Source: Phoronis australis
Taxonomy: Eukaryota > Animalia > Phoronida
Direction of reading: 5' to 3'
NCBI GenBank assembly: GCA_002633005.1
Contig: NMRA01000017.1
Coordinates: forward strand, 206,260 to 270,259
Length of the DNA stretch: 64,000 bases
Below, piece by piece: positions 1-12,200 of this stretch (position 1 is the first letter of the stretch; each line of letters starts with the position of its first letter). The notes under the pieces are model-generated. The model had not been told where the DNA came from, did no database searches, and worked only from the letters and a program-made list of their open reading frames with translations. The position numbers were made by a program, and so were the translations under genes.

Positions 1-849
1 GCAGTTCAACAATGTATCTGTCTCTGGTACCACAGTATAGTGAATAGATCACACACGACAGTGGGGTGTTGTACTTAGGCTCTATACAGTGACTTAGATT
101 AAATCAGGTCATAAGACAAGTCTACCCATAGCATTCAACAATTTATGACTTCACTTTCAATTACTGGATCTCGTAGTGCTGTTCCAGCAAAATCCGTATG
201 GGAGGGGGGGACGGCAGTTGAAATAAAAATTCATGGTTGGTGGTCTTCAGAAAAAAAACACAAATTATGGGTGGTCGTTCTTGTAAGGAGTAAAGCATTA
301 AAACTGGTGGTATTTTTTGACCTGTAAATGTTGACAGGTTGGTATTTTCAGCCAAACACATCTCAAAAGAAATCAAAAATAACTTGACAAATACCCAAAC
401 ATATCCCAAAACAAAAAACCCATGTTGCTAGCGTACACAGTGCAATATGTACACTATGCCATTAATGAAGTCATGGGCAACATGATTGCAAGCACATGTT
501 GTCCTGCAGTCATATTAGAATGAAAATTTCTGCAACACTGAACTGGTGTTAACACGAGAAAATTGATGATTTTTAAATAAAAAGTATGAGGAGTAAGCTA
601 GACAAGTTCCAATATTCACTTGGCACAGCAATCTAAAAGCGTTCGTGGAGACAGTTTGAGATTCATAGATCCATGAAATTGAAAAAATCTTATTGAAATT
701 ACAGAGACACCTGGTGGCTGCCAAAAGTATTGCTCACAGGTGTCTTTGAAAAGCAAGTTTCTGGTAAATGATATGAGTTGTGATCTCACATGGAATTTTT
801 CTGCACCCACAAAAACTTTGTAGTCAGTTCGTCTGTCATTATCATTTCT

Positions 850-1316
850 TGTCCGTCAATTATCTCAAGAACCGCTTGGCGGATCATGATGAAATTTGGT
901 ATAGAGGTACTTGGCAAGGATGCATGCCTGCACCAGTCGATTTCTGGGCGGATTTGGCAACCTTGGTACACCATGCTGGCTGCTTTAGTTTTCGACAAGC
1001 CATTCCTTGTATGTTGATTATCTCAAAAACTGCTTCACTGATGACGATGAAATTCGAAACAGAAGTATATCGCAAAAACGTGCCCGCACCAGTAAATTTT
1101 TGGAACCTGGATTCACTGCTGTGTCACCTCGTTAGTTTTCGACTGCTCAAGTCATTGCTTGTCCGCGATTATCTTGAAACCGCTTAATGGTTCATGATGA
1201 TACTTTGATCATAATCAAATCTGGTATAGAGGTAATCGGCATGGATGCGCCAGCTCCGTAAATTACTTTGAAACCGCTTGACGGATCTTGATGACATTTG
1301 GCATAGAGATAGACAG
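850..1316. repeat. Degenerate tandem modules of an interspersed non-autonomous repeat
   Basis: Motif ttatctc..aaccgctt..cggatc.tgatgaaatttgg recurs about 4 times and leads directly into the minisatellite. Confidence 0.5.
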
Positions 1317-2017
1317 CTGGTACACGTGCACATCGCCTGTGGCTGGTACACGTGCACATCGCCTGTGGCTGGTCCACGTGCACATCGCCTGTGGCTGGTA
1401 CATGTGCACATCGCCTGTGGCTGGTACACGTGCAAATCGCCTGTGGCTGATGCACGTGCACTTCGTCTGTGGCAGGTACACGTGCACATTGTATGTGACT
1501 GGTACACGTGCACATTGTCTGTGACTGGTACACATTCACATTGTCTGTGACTGGTACACGTGCACATCGCCTGTGGCTGGTACACGTGCACATCGCCTGT
1601 GGCTGGTACACGTGCACATCGCCTGTGGCTGGTACACGTAAACATCGCCTGTGGCTGGTACACGTGCACATCATCTGTGACTGGTACACCTGCACATCGC
1701 CTGTGGCTGGTACACGTGCACATCGCCTGTGGCTGGTACACGTGCACATCGCCAGTGGCTGGTGCACGTGCACATCGCCTGTGGCTGGTACACGTGCACA
1801 TCTCCTGTGATTGGTACACGTGCACAATGTCTGTGACTGGTACACGTGCACATTGTATGTGACTGGTACACGTGCACATTGTATGTGACTGGTACACATT
1901 CACATTGTCTGTGACTGGTACACATGCACATTGTCTGTGACTGGTACACGTGCACATTGTATGTGACTGGTACACATTCACATTGTCTGTGACTGGTACA
2001 TGTACACATTGTCTGTG
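1317..2017. repeat. 26-bp minisatellite (ctggtacacgtgcacatcgcctgtgg), about 27 copies
   Basis: Visible tandem array; explains the overlapping Cys/His-rich ORFs at 1184-2051. Confidence 0.97.
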
Positions 2018-2864
2018 ATTGAAGTTGCAGGCTAATTAAGTCACAATTCAATCAGATGAACGTGGAAATGTTTTTAAACTGCTTTCATTAAAATTTGAAC
2101 ATTGACCAGGATGGAAATGCAGCATTATTATTTTGCTACAATTTTTTGACTTTTATACTTCTGTCATTTTGTGATACTCGACAATAACACAATCAGACAA
2201 AGTAGTCACTAAACGGTACTTCACCATTGAAAATTGCCCGAAAATTGACTGGTGCCGATGCTATGCCACCACATACAGCCACATACCATTTCATACCTAT
2301 GTGTCAAGTTTCTTTAAAATCGGTCAATCACTTCTTTAGAAAATGATCTAGGAACACTTTTCCTTCCCACAAGTACACAAAAATTCCTTGTTGAGGCCAA
2401 AATTGTCACTAGGTGGTGTTGCAAAGGTGAAATCTGTGCAAAAATCAACTGGTAACAGTGCACTATGGTCACATACTTAATATCTGGCAAGTTTCATTTA
2501 AATTCATCCATCAGTTCTTTAAATATCATCCAGAAATGCTTTTCTGACAAAAAACACTGAAAAGCCCAGCCTCCCTGGAACTGGGGGGGGCAAGGCAAAT
2601 TGAAAAGCACATGCACCAAACTTGCGTCAAATTTCATCAAGATTAAGATCGTGAGAACATGCAGAGAAGTTAAATATCCTCATAATGAGGGCATGTACAA
2701 CACAAAAATTATTGCCCTCTTACTTGTACTCAATTCAGTGTTTTCCATACAGGTACATGAGGTGTGAAATCAGCTCAACACATAGCAACATGGGCCTCAA
2801 AGTGCTCTGAGCCAAGAAAGTAATTACAAACTTCACAAAACAGAAATTCTGATAACGACAGTAC

Positions 2865-3247
2865 CATCACATCCAGTGCTTTCTCATCTCTCATCACGTC
2901 TCCGTTCCCCATATTTGGTGGTCGGGTTAGTTGAGATGGTCTGCGACTACCAACAACTGAGGATTGTTGCCCATGCTGACCAGTATTGCCACCAATTGAC
3001 TGGACAGTGGACTCAGCATTCAGTGGACTTGTGGCGCCACCACTTGGCTGACCAGAGGCATCTCCACTTGGCTGGCTAGTAGTGCCAACATTTGGTTGAA
3101 CAGTGGTACTTGCACTTGACTGGCCCTGCGGCAGTTCCTGAATAGGCTGCAGTGTAGAAGCACTGGTCAACCCAGCGACCTCGAGATGGTCAGGGGGTTC
3201 AGCAATGCCATCTCCAAAAACAAACATTGGGCGATCCTCAATGGCAT
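2865..3247 (-). CDS. OTOF: Ferlin exon 28 (Ser/Thr/Gln/Gly-rich linker); donor position uncertain
   Basis: tcacag acceptor in the right phase after exon 27; GC-richer open frame [14 protein letters not shown]...ALDVM; likely donor gtactg. Confidence 0.72.
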
Positions 3248-6200
3248 CTGTGAAATGTCAATAACACAAAAGTTGCAATAAAGTCACACCTTTAGTCAAA
3301 AAAACATTTATTTAAGTAGGCAATTCAGCATTAATTTTATATCACTTTGTTCCTTACATAGATTAGAAAAGATTTGTGATCTCAAGAGACAGTTAACTTA
3401 ATTATCCCCTCAGACCAGGATCCCATTCCTGACTTAAGGTCATTTTTGACTTAAGTCTAAGATTTGTTTCAAACTTTGAAACTTCCACAACCAGGAAGTT
3501 TGACAAAATTAAGGCAAACGTCAATTCAAAAACTTAAGTCAAACTTAAGATCTCTTTCTTGAAATGGGCTAAAGACAATTATTTTAAGTTTTATCTTAAA
3601 ACAGACGGAAATTTAAGATTTGTCTTAGCTAAGTCAGTTTTCTTGGAACGGGTCCCAGCTTCATGAAGATGGCTAGTAGTGACAGTTTAAGAATGGTTGT
3701 ATGGGGAATAGCAGGTGCATTATTGCAACAGGATTTAATTTACGGAAAGGCAATAAAACACCATACTGTTTTGATAGTGCAAAATCAATGTGGTTGTGAG
3801 TGAAGTCAATTTAGACACCACACCCAATCTGTAGCAGCTTCATACTTCAGTACGATGGTAGAAGTTTTCTATCTCCTTTAAAGGAGCATGCCACCCAAAA
3901 AACAGCCTATTTTGTATCAATTTAGATTGAGTAGCTCTACTCGATAACGGCATGTTCGATTGCGTTACCTGACACCTGATGACAGACGGAGGTGTTGAAA
4001 TTATCCAATGACGTCATTGGTTTCACACGCAGTCTGTTCAGCAGTTAAAACACGGGTTACTGGTGTCAGCTTATCGCTGGAACTCATCGTTTAACACCAA
4101 TTACTCATCAAACTTCGATGTAAAACCCTTAAAAATACACCGAGTTCTTGCAAAAACGTGTTGTTTATTTCGCTGTTACGGATTTATTGGTATTTGGACA
4201 CACCGTAGCCTACAAAGTTCGGCAGGCCAATTTACCAAGGTCCGTAGCAGGAGTTTAGAGTCTGTTTGGAGATAAATTCCACATATTCTTCCGTGAAATA
4301 CAAACAAGAGAACCTAGATCTGTGTTGTTTAGATTTGTGATTTTTTGAGTTCTAAACACACAAAACGCTTGTAATCCCGGTCAGTGGCTCGGAACCCGAT
4401 CAGGCCCGACGCCAGCCGGACTTACTCACACCAGTGGCTCTGAACCTGATCAGGCCCCTTGCAGCCACCGGGACTGGCATGAACATAAACCAACTTGAGT
4501 TGGAAACTAAACCTCCATTCACGAAAAGACTAATAGTGTGAGCCAAAGAAATAATGTGCACCTAATTATTTACGTGAATTAGCCACGAAACTGAAAATCT
4601 ACTTATACTTGTCAGGGGCCGCGAAATCGGGTTCCCCTTCCACAGACAGGCAAAAGTTGCACATTAACAATGATTTGAATAATGTATTAGTATAAAGATT
4701 GCAGTAACATGTGACCATAGCATATGAAATCAAGTAATTGTTTCACAACAGCTTTCAGTCAGCAAACACTGAATTAGCATGCGCTCACATGGCCTCGGTN
4801 AGTGTGTTATCCATCGGAAAGCGATGCAAAGGTACTCCCAAAGCGCGCGAGCCGATAATTAGTACATCCTGGTACGCAGCAACAGCTAGTGTGGCATGTT
4901 GACTCACTAGTAAATGAAATCAAACGATGACGGAACCTAACACAACCGAGGTAGAACAATGACTGACTCGGCAGCTCTGACAGTCAGACTATATGAAAAC
5001 CAAGTGGCGCGAAATGCTTGCCTCCTAAAACGTCACTTCCGGAGTAGCGGACGAGTAATTAATAAAATTACGAAAAGCTGTAATTAAGTGGAAAATATGT
5101 CTAGGATAACCAACCAACCTTATTTTAGCTCAAAATGACATGGAAAAAGGTTGCCTTCACCTTTAAGAAGATACAGTTAATTATCACTTCAGACCAGGAG
5201 CTCATTCCTGACTTAAGGTCATTTTTGACTTAAGTCTAAGATTTGTTTCAACTTCCAAACTTTGAAACTTCCACAACCAGGAAGTTAGACAAAATTAAGG
5301 CAAACGTCAATTCAAAAACTGAAGTCAAACTTTAGATCTCTTTCTTGAAACGGGCTAAAGACAATTACTTTCAGTTTTATCTTAAAATTGACGGAAATTT
5401 AAGATTTGTCTTAGCTAAGACAGTTTTCTTGGAACAGGTCCCAGCTTCATAAAGATGGCTAGTAGTGACAGATTAAGAATGGTTGTTTGGGGAATAGCAG
5501 GTGCGTTATTGCAACAGGATTTAATTTACGGAAAGGCAATAAAACACCATACTGTTTTGATAGTGCAAAATCAATGTGGTTGTGAGAGAAGTCAATTTTG
5601 ACACCACGCCCAATCTGTAGCAGCTTCATACTTCAGTACGATGGTAGAAGTTTTCTATCTCCTTTAAAGGAGCATGCCAACCAAAAAACAGCCTATTTTG
5701 TATCAATTTAGATCGAGTGGCTCTACTCGATAACGGCATGTTCGATTGCGTTACCTGATACCTGACGGGAGACGGAGGTGTTGAAATTATCCAATGATGT
5801 CATTGGTTTCACACACAGTCTGTTCAGCAGTTCACAACACGGGTTACTGGTGTCAGCTTATCACTGGAACTCATCGTTTAACACCAATTACTCATCAAAC
5901 TTCGATGTAAAACCCTTAAAAATACACCAAGTTCTTGCAAAAATGTGTTGTTTATTTCGCTGTTATGGATTTATTGGTATTTGGACACACCGTAGCCTAC
6001 AAAGTTCGGCAAGCCTATTTACCAAGGTCCGTAGCAGGAGTTTGGGGTCTGTTCGGAGATAAATTCGAAATATTCTTCCGTGAATTACAAACAAGAGAAC
6101 CTAGATCTATGTTGTTGAGACTTGTGATTTTTTGAGTTCTAAACACACAAAACGCTTGTTATTCCGGCCAGTGGCTTGAAACCCGATCAGGCCCGACGCC

Positions 6201-9200
6201 GGCCGGACTGACTCGTTATCCTGACCAGTGGCTCAGAACCCGATAAGGCCCCTCGCGGCTGCCGGGACTGGCACAAACATAAACCAGCTTGAGTTGGAAA
6301 CTAAACCTCCATTCACGAAAAGACTAATAGTGTGAGCCAAATAATGTGCACCTAATATGTGAATTAGCCATGAAACTGAAAATCTACTTACTTGTCGGGG
6401 GCCGCGAAGTCGGGTTCCCTTTCCACAGACAGGCAAAGGATGATTTGAATAACGTATTTGTATAAAGATTGCATTAACATGTGACCATAGCATATGAAAT
6501 CGAGTAATTGTTTCACAACAGCTTTCTGTCAGCAAACACTGAATTAACACGGCCTCGGTCAATTACCTTTACTCCCGGCATCAAAAGCCCGGTAACGCAG
6601 TGGTTTATTCATTGCTGGCTTCTCAATATTTGCATTCACGAATACTGCAAAGGCATTACAAATTGTATCTAATGAAACAGACTTTGTGTCACTTTTATAA
6701 GCATTAGTTAGGATGAGAATGATTCATTTCAGAAACAGAATGCAGAATACATGGCAACTCGCCCAGCGCCAATCCCGACTTAGTCAAGAGCTCATCCGAC
6801 GAAGACTTCACTGGTTGGATCGTTAGGTTTCATAGGCTGTCAGTTCGAAACGGAATACATATCAGAGGCGTCGTGAGTATGCACAGATAACGGAACGCAT
6901 GGATAGTTCTTTGGTAAGCCGGAATTTGTCAGAGAAATCACTGTCAATAAAATGCCGGCTACAGACACGGAAATGATTCACGGCCTCATACTTGCTATTA
7001 ACAGCGTACCTTTCATTCTTCACTACCCGCGAGCCACTTCCTAACATTTCGGGCTCTCGAGGAAGTCGAAAAAACGCTATACTCGCTTTCTTCACAGCTT
7101 CATAGTTCGGACAAGCGGGAACGATGTACCTAAATGTAGCGGCATTCAGGTTGCAGACGAACCACTGACGTCACTGCATTGTTTCTCACCTTCCTCACAG
7201 GTTAACGCGACACCTCTCGGCAAGGTGAGGTCGACCATTTAGGAGGCGATGTGGATATAGACCGATTAAAACGGTAAAAAAGACAAATTAAATCAGGTGG
7301 CATTCTCCTTTAAAGCTGACAGGGGAACAACTGGATGTCAAACTTGTGCTTATTCATTTAAGAATAGTTTGCAATAAGTCATTTCTCAGCTCATAAACGT
7401 CAAATGAACAATTAATACATAATTTCAGCCAACAAAAACTTTCCAGCAGAAGTCCAAGAACAATATTCCAATGACACCATGAAGCACAGCTAGTGCAAAG
7501 CAATCAAAAACATTTTACCATCTCTGTAGTCAAAGTGTTTTCTAATGTTTGGTATTGAACAGCTGCCAATTAATACTTTGCGACCAAATGCAATTGTTCC
7601 ATTGCACAGCATGGTTATAGGAGGGTGCAAGGACGGGTCCTGCGGCAAGAGCTGAAATAATAACAAAAACTGAGTTTTTAGAATAGACCAACCAAGCAAA
7701 TTGACTTAAAACACACAGGCATAAATGGCATTTCCACGTAATTGCAATATTAACAAGGTATAATGATGTAATGACAAAATACGTCCCAACACGGCACAAA
7801 TGACTCACCACGTCCATGACGCGGACAGGTTCCTTAAAGTTGAGTGTCTTTTCGGTATTCTCAATCACTGAACTTTTCATCGTTTTGCCAGCGAACTCAA
7901 ACACAATGACAGGGTTCTGTACTTCAAGGAACAAAAGCCTGGATAGATCTCGAACACCCCAGAACATGACCTACAGAGACACATAGTGAACAAAGATCGT
8001 ATTTATTAATGAGAACTACAACACCCCAGAACACAACCTACAGAGACACACAGTGAACGAAGACGGTTTAGTTATTAACCAGAACTACAACACCCCCAGA
8101 ATATGATCTACAGAGACACATAGTGAACGAAGACGGTAGCTATTAATGAGTACTACAACACCCCAGAACACGACCTGCAGAGACACATAGTGAATGAAGA
8201 CGGTAGTTATTAATAGAACTACAACACCCCCAGAAAATGACACAGAGACACGTGGTGAACAAACTATTAACATTCTTCTCTAGGGAACATAGACCCATTA
8301 ACCTGTGTCTAACACGTTGCTAACGAAATCAGACTTTTTAGATAATTTTGGCACAGAAGTACATCAAATACAACACGTATTCATTCATAAACTGGTCACT
8401 GATCTGTCTTGCTCAGCTACATAATCATTCATAAAATTGATCACTAAACTGCACTTATTGACTCCAGCTTCATTCAATCTGCTGGGCATGCAACATAATG
8501 GGCCAATTATCATGGGTCATAAGCCAACAGGTGTCATGATCGTACAATTCTAGGCATGACTTGAATCAAATTGATTTACTATTCCTAAAACAAGAGCAAC
8601 GCAGAGCATTGAAATGCACCCACGAATGCACCGCAAACAGTGTGCTTCTAGGGTTGTTTATTTGTTTCATAAAAACGGCCACTAGATGGCGCAAAAATGT
8701 CCAGTCCATCAGAAAATGGGAACATGTCATCGGTTCTTTAATAGAAAGCTATTTGCCAAATTTCATAAATATCTGTCAACGAACTTCAGAGAAATAGATT
8801 TTAAGGAAAACGGAAAAAATGTAACTGCCACTATGGGGCAAAGCGTTCGATGGATTCTGCCTGAAAGACGTCGTCATCTGTTGTTAGCTTCATATAAATA
8901 CAATTACTAAATTTAATAAAGATCCTGTAGCGGGTTTAGGAGATGCAGCTATGGGCGCAAAACAAAATTACCAGTAGGAGGCACCACAGTACATGCGCAC
9001 CCAGCCAAAAGTACAGGGCGGCTCAAATTTTTCAGTGTACAGACCTTTTAGTGAAAGAAATCAACGCAGACTAAAAAAACGGGACCACTAGGTTCAGGCC
9101 AAAAAATTGTGCATCCGCGCCAACTTCCCATGGGATTTTGTGGACTTTTGTCTCCATTACTCAAACTTTTCATTTCACTGACATTTTTGCCCAATTCGTC

Positions 9201-12200
9201 AAATTGGGGGGCTTGTTTGAGCCCCCTCTGGGTGCGCCCATGCAGTAATCGAAGTCGCCATCGTCAACTGTCCTCTTCACATTGAGAACATATATGCCAA
9301 TTTTCAAAACCATCCTTAGAATGGTTTGGTCGATTGAAGGATGGATGCCAAAAAACAGATTCGAAAACACCAAAAATGGCCACTATGTGGCGCAAAGAAC
9401 CTCGAAATCATCTGAAAATGGGAGGATAGCATCATCTCACCAAAAGATGCCTATATTCCAAATTTTCAGAAAATCCATTAAGGACCTTGAAGATACAGAT
9501 CAAAACTTAAAAAACTAAAATTGCCACTAGGGAGCACACCAGTACTCAGATTCCTCCGAAAGTTCTCGTCATCTGTTGTCAACATTAGCTAAATTTAGTA
9601 GAGATCCTGCAAATGGTTTAGGTGATACAGTTATGGGTGCTGAACAAAAACAAAACTGCCACTAGGAGGTGCCACAGTAGTCAAAATCGTCCAAAAATCA
9701 CCGTCAGCCATCCTTCTTGTAGCAAGAACATACATGCCAATTTTTCACAATCATCATGGTTGATAGAGGGGTGGACGCCAAAAAACTCGAAAACAGCAAA
9801 AATGGCCACTAGGTGACGCAAACTACGTCAAATCTATCCGATAATGGGAGGATAGCGTCATCTCACTAATAGGATGCCTAATATACCAAATTTTATGAAA
9901 ATACATTGAGGACCTTTGAAGATAGAGGTAAACATAAAAAACTAAAACTGCACACCGATAATCGGATCCGTCTTAAAGTTTGCTCAAGCCATCCCATCCA
10001 TGAAAGGAACTGCACAAAATTCGTGAACGTACGCCAAAGGGTTTTGGAGATACAGCAGCGAACATCAGACGGACGGAGATGACGGCATAATGCCTCCACA
10101 TATAAATATGTGGGCGCATAATAAAATGCTTCAGAGCTCCTGGTGGCCATTTCACTTTAGTCAAATTTAAAACTTACTTCACATCGGTACAAATTGTCCA
10201 GTTTTGGAGTTATTTCTCGAGGCATTCTGATCACCGAATATTGCTTCCAGCTAATGGAGACTGGGGGATCAAGGATGGGGATCCACTGGGGTACCGTCCC
10301 CTCATTGGTCAGCTTAATAAGTAATAAAAACAAGAAAATACATTTCTAAAGCATAATATACTGTCTCTTAAATTTCATAGTAACATGTTTTTCATCATGA
10401 TTACAGTGTCTTCATGATACGTTCAATATCTGAAAAGCTCTTTCTTATACCTACAGTATATGACCACTGATAATTCTATCCACTGATTGGCTACTTAAAG
10501 GCGCCAAATAGATGCTGGAATGCCATGCAGTTAACGCCGGATAAGAATATGAAATAGTAAAAAACAGCAAAAATAATATGACAAGCGACGGTACTAAAAT
10601 ATATTAAAATAATCCCCACGTTTCGAACGATGCGCTCTTTGTCATGGGTAAGATAGAGACTGCAGAATAGATGGATATAATCTCACAAGTGACGTACTGC
10701 CTATTGTATATCACCATGCCGTCACCTGTGCGATTTTATTTATATCCATATATTCCACAGTCTGTATCGTACACTGGACAAAGAGCGCATTGCTCGAAAC
10801 GTGGAGCATATTTTAATATATTTTAGTAACCACACTCATCGTTTTATTTTTACTATTTTTACTATAAAATTTTATATACTTAAATGCAGTATAACTCTTG
10901 CATGAGGTACTAGTTTCAAGATCACTACTACTTCTGTCCTCTGATTAGCTGCCAGTACGACAATGTCCGTTATGAGGTGTCACCCGAACATCAGATGTCC
11001 CTACTTCAGTAGCACAGTATTTATGATCTGACCAATTAGACACTGTAGAAAATATCAACCTTGACAAAATTGAACTCCCTCAGACCATACAACCCCATAC
11101 CAGAGTCAATATTGTCCACATTTGAATTGTATAGACCAAGAGTGCCACAGAATCACTTTCCACTTGGGGCATCCTGGCATCAAATGTCTCTAATCGCGAT
11201 CTGACCAATCAGAGGGCTAAAAACATGAACCCCAAAAAAAGCGAAGCAAGCAGATGATGGCATAGTAGCAAAGCAGGTAAGAATGTGAGAAAAGACGTAT
11301 ATGTGCATGTATTGATAAAACAAACATATAACAAAGCCCTTGAACATATCAGCTGAGCTCATACGCACTTAAGGACCTAAGGAGAGCAACGTTACCTGAG
11401 GTTCCCACTCAGTGCATACGACAAAGACCTCTGGGATTGATCAATATTTCTGTCACATGCTCACATGCATAAGAACAATTGCCCCCCGAAAATTTTGTGC
11501 TTAAGTTTGGAAAGGCCAACAAATGGATGTTATGGTATTGAACAATCATAACATTGAAACACCTGTATGAGTCAGTACAACATAAAGTTACACCTCTTGT
11601 AGCCTCTATAACAAAAACTACACTTATGTGAGACAGTGTAATATACCTGTATCACCCAGAATGGTATCAAACTACACCCACGTGACTAAGAACACCAAGC
11701 TACAACTGCATGACTAAAAATAGCATCAAAATTCCACCTGAATGAGTTCAAACGCGGCCAGTATCTCTCCAGCCCGAGATCGACTTCTCCATATGGGCCA
11801 CCAAAGCAGCTTGGGATACGTGTAGTTCCTGTTGTCCAGTGTCAACACTTCAGGTTTGACCATAATGCGTCCCATATACTCATCAGTTCCCTGCAGGATT
11901 ACAAGTGACCAGTCTATGGTGAAGTAACGACCACAAAATGGTGGCTGGGCATTGGTGTTATGCATGTAGAAACAAAATGTGAGATCTGTTTACTACTAAT
12001 GTGAGATCAGTTTACTACTAATGTGAGATCAGTTTACTACTAATCGTTTCATGACGATCGTGGCATTGCACTAAATTGTCTTAAACAGCAGCAAGCAAAA
12101 AAAAACCTTTACGCCTCTGTAATGCAAACCTGATATTAATTATTAAATAGCATTCACATCTCATTGGTTAAGTGACGTGATTAGGCTCAGTAGGCTAAGT

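Noticed and set aside
515-810. Next ferlin exon after exon 28
   Set aside because: No frame with ferlin-like sequence (e.g. DWWSKY) found in 1-2860; the next exon is presumably outside the window.
1184-2051. Cys/His-rich 100-265 aa ORFs resembling metallothionein or keratin-associated proteins
   Set aside because: They are translations of the 26-bp minisatellite. The unit is not a multiple of 3 and the same peptides appear in all frames on both strands.
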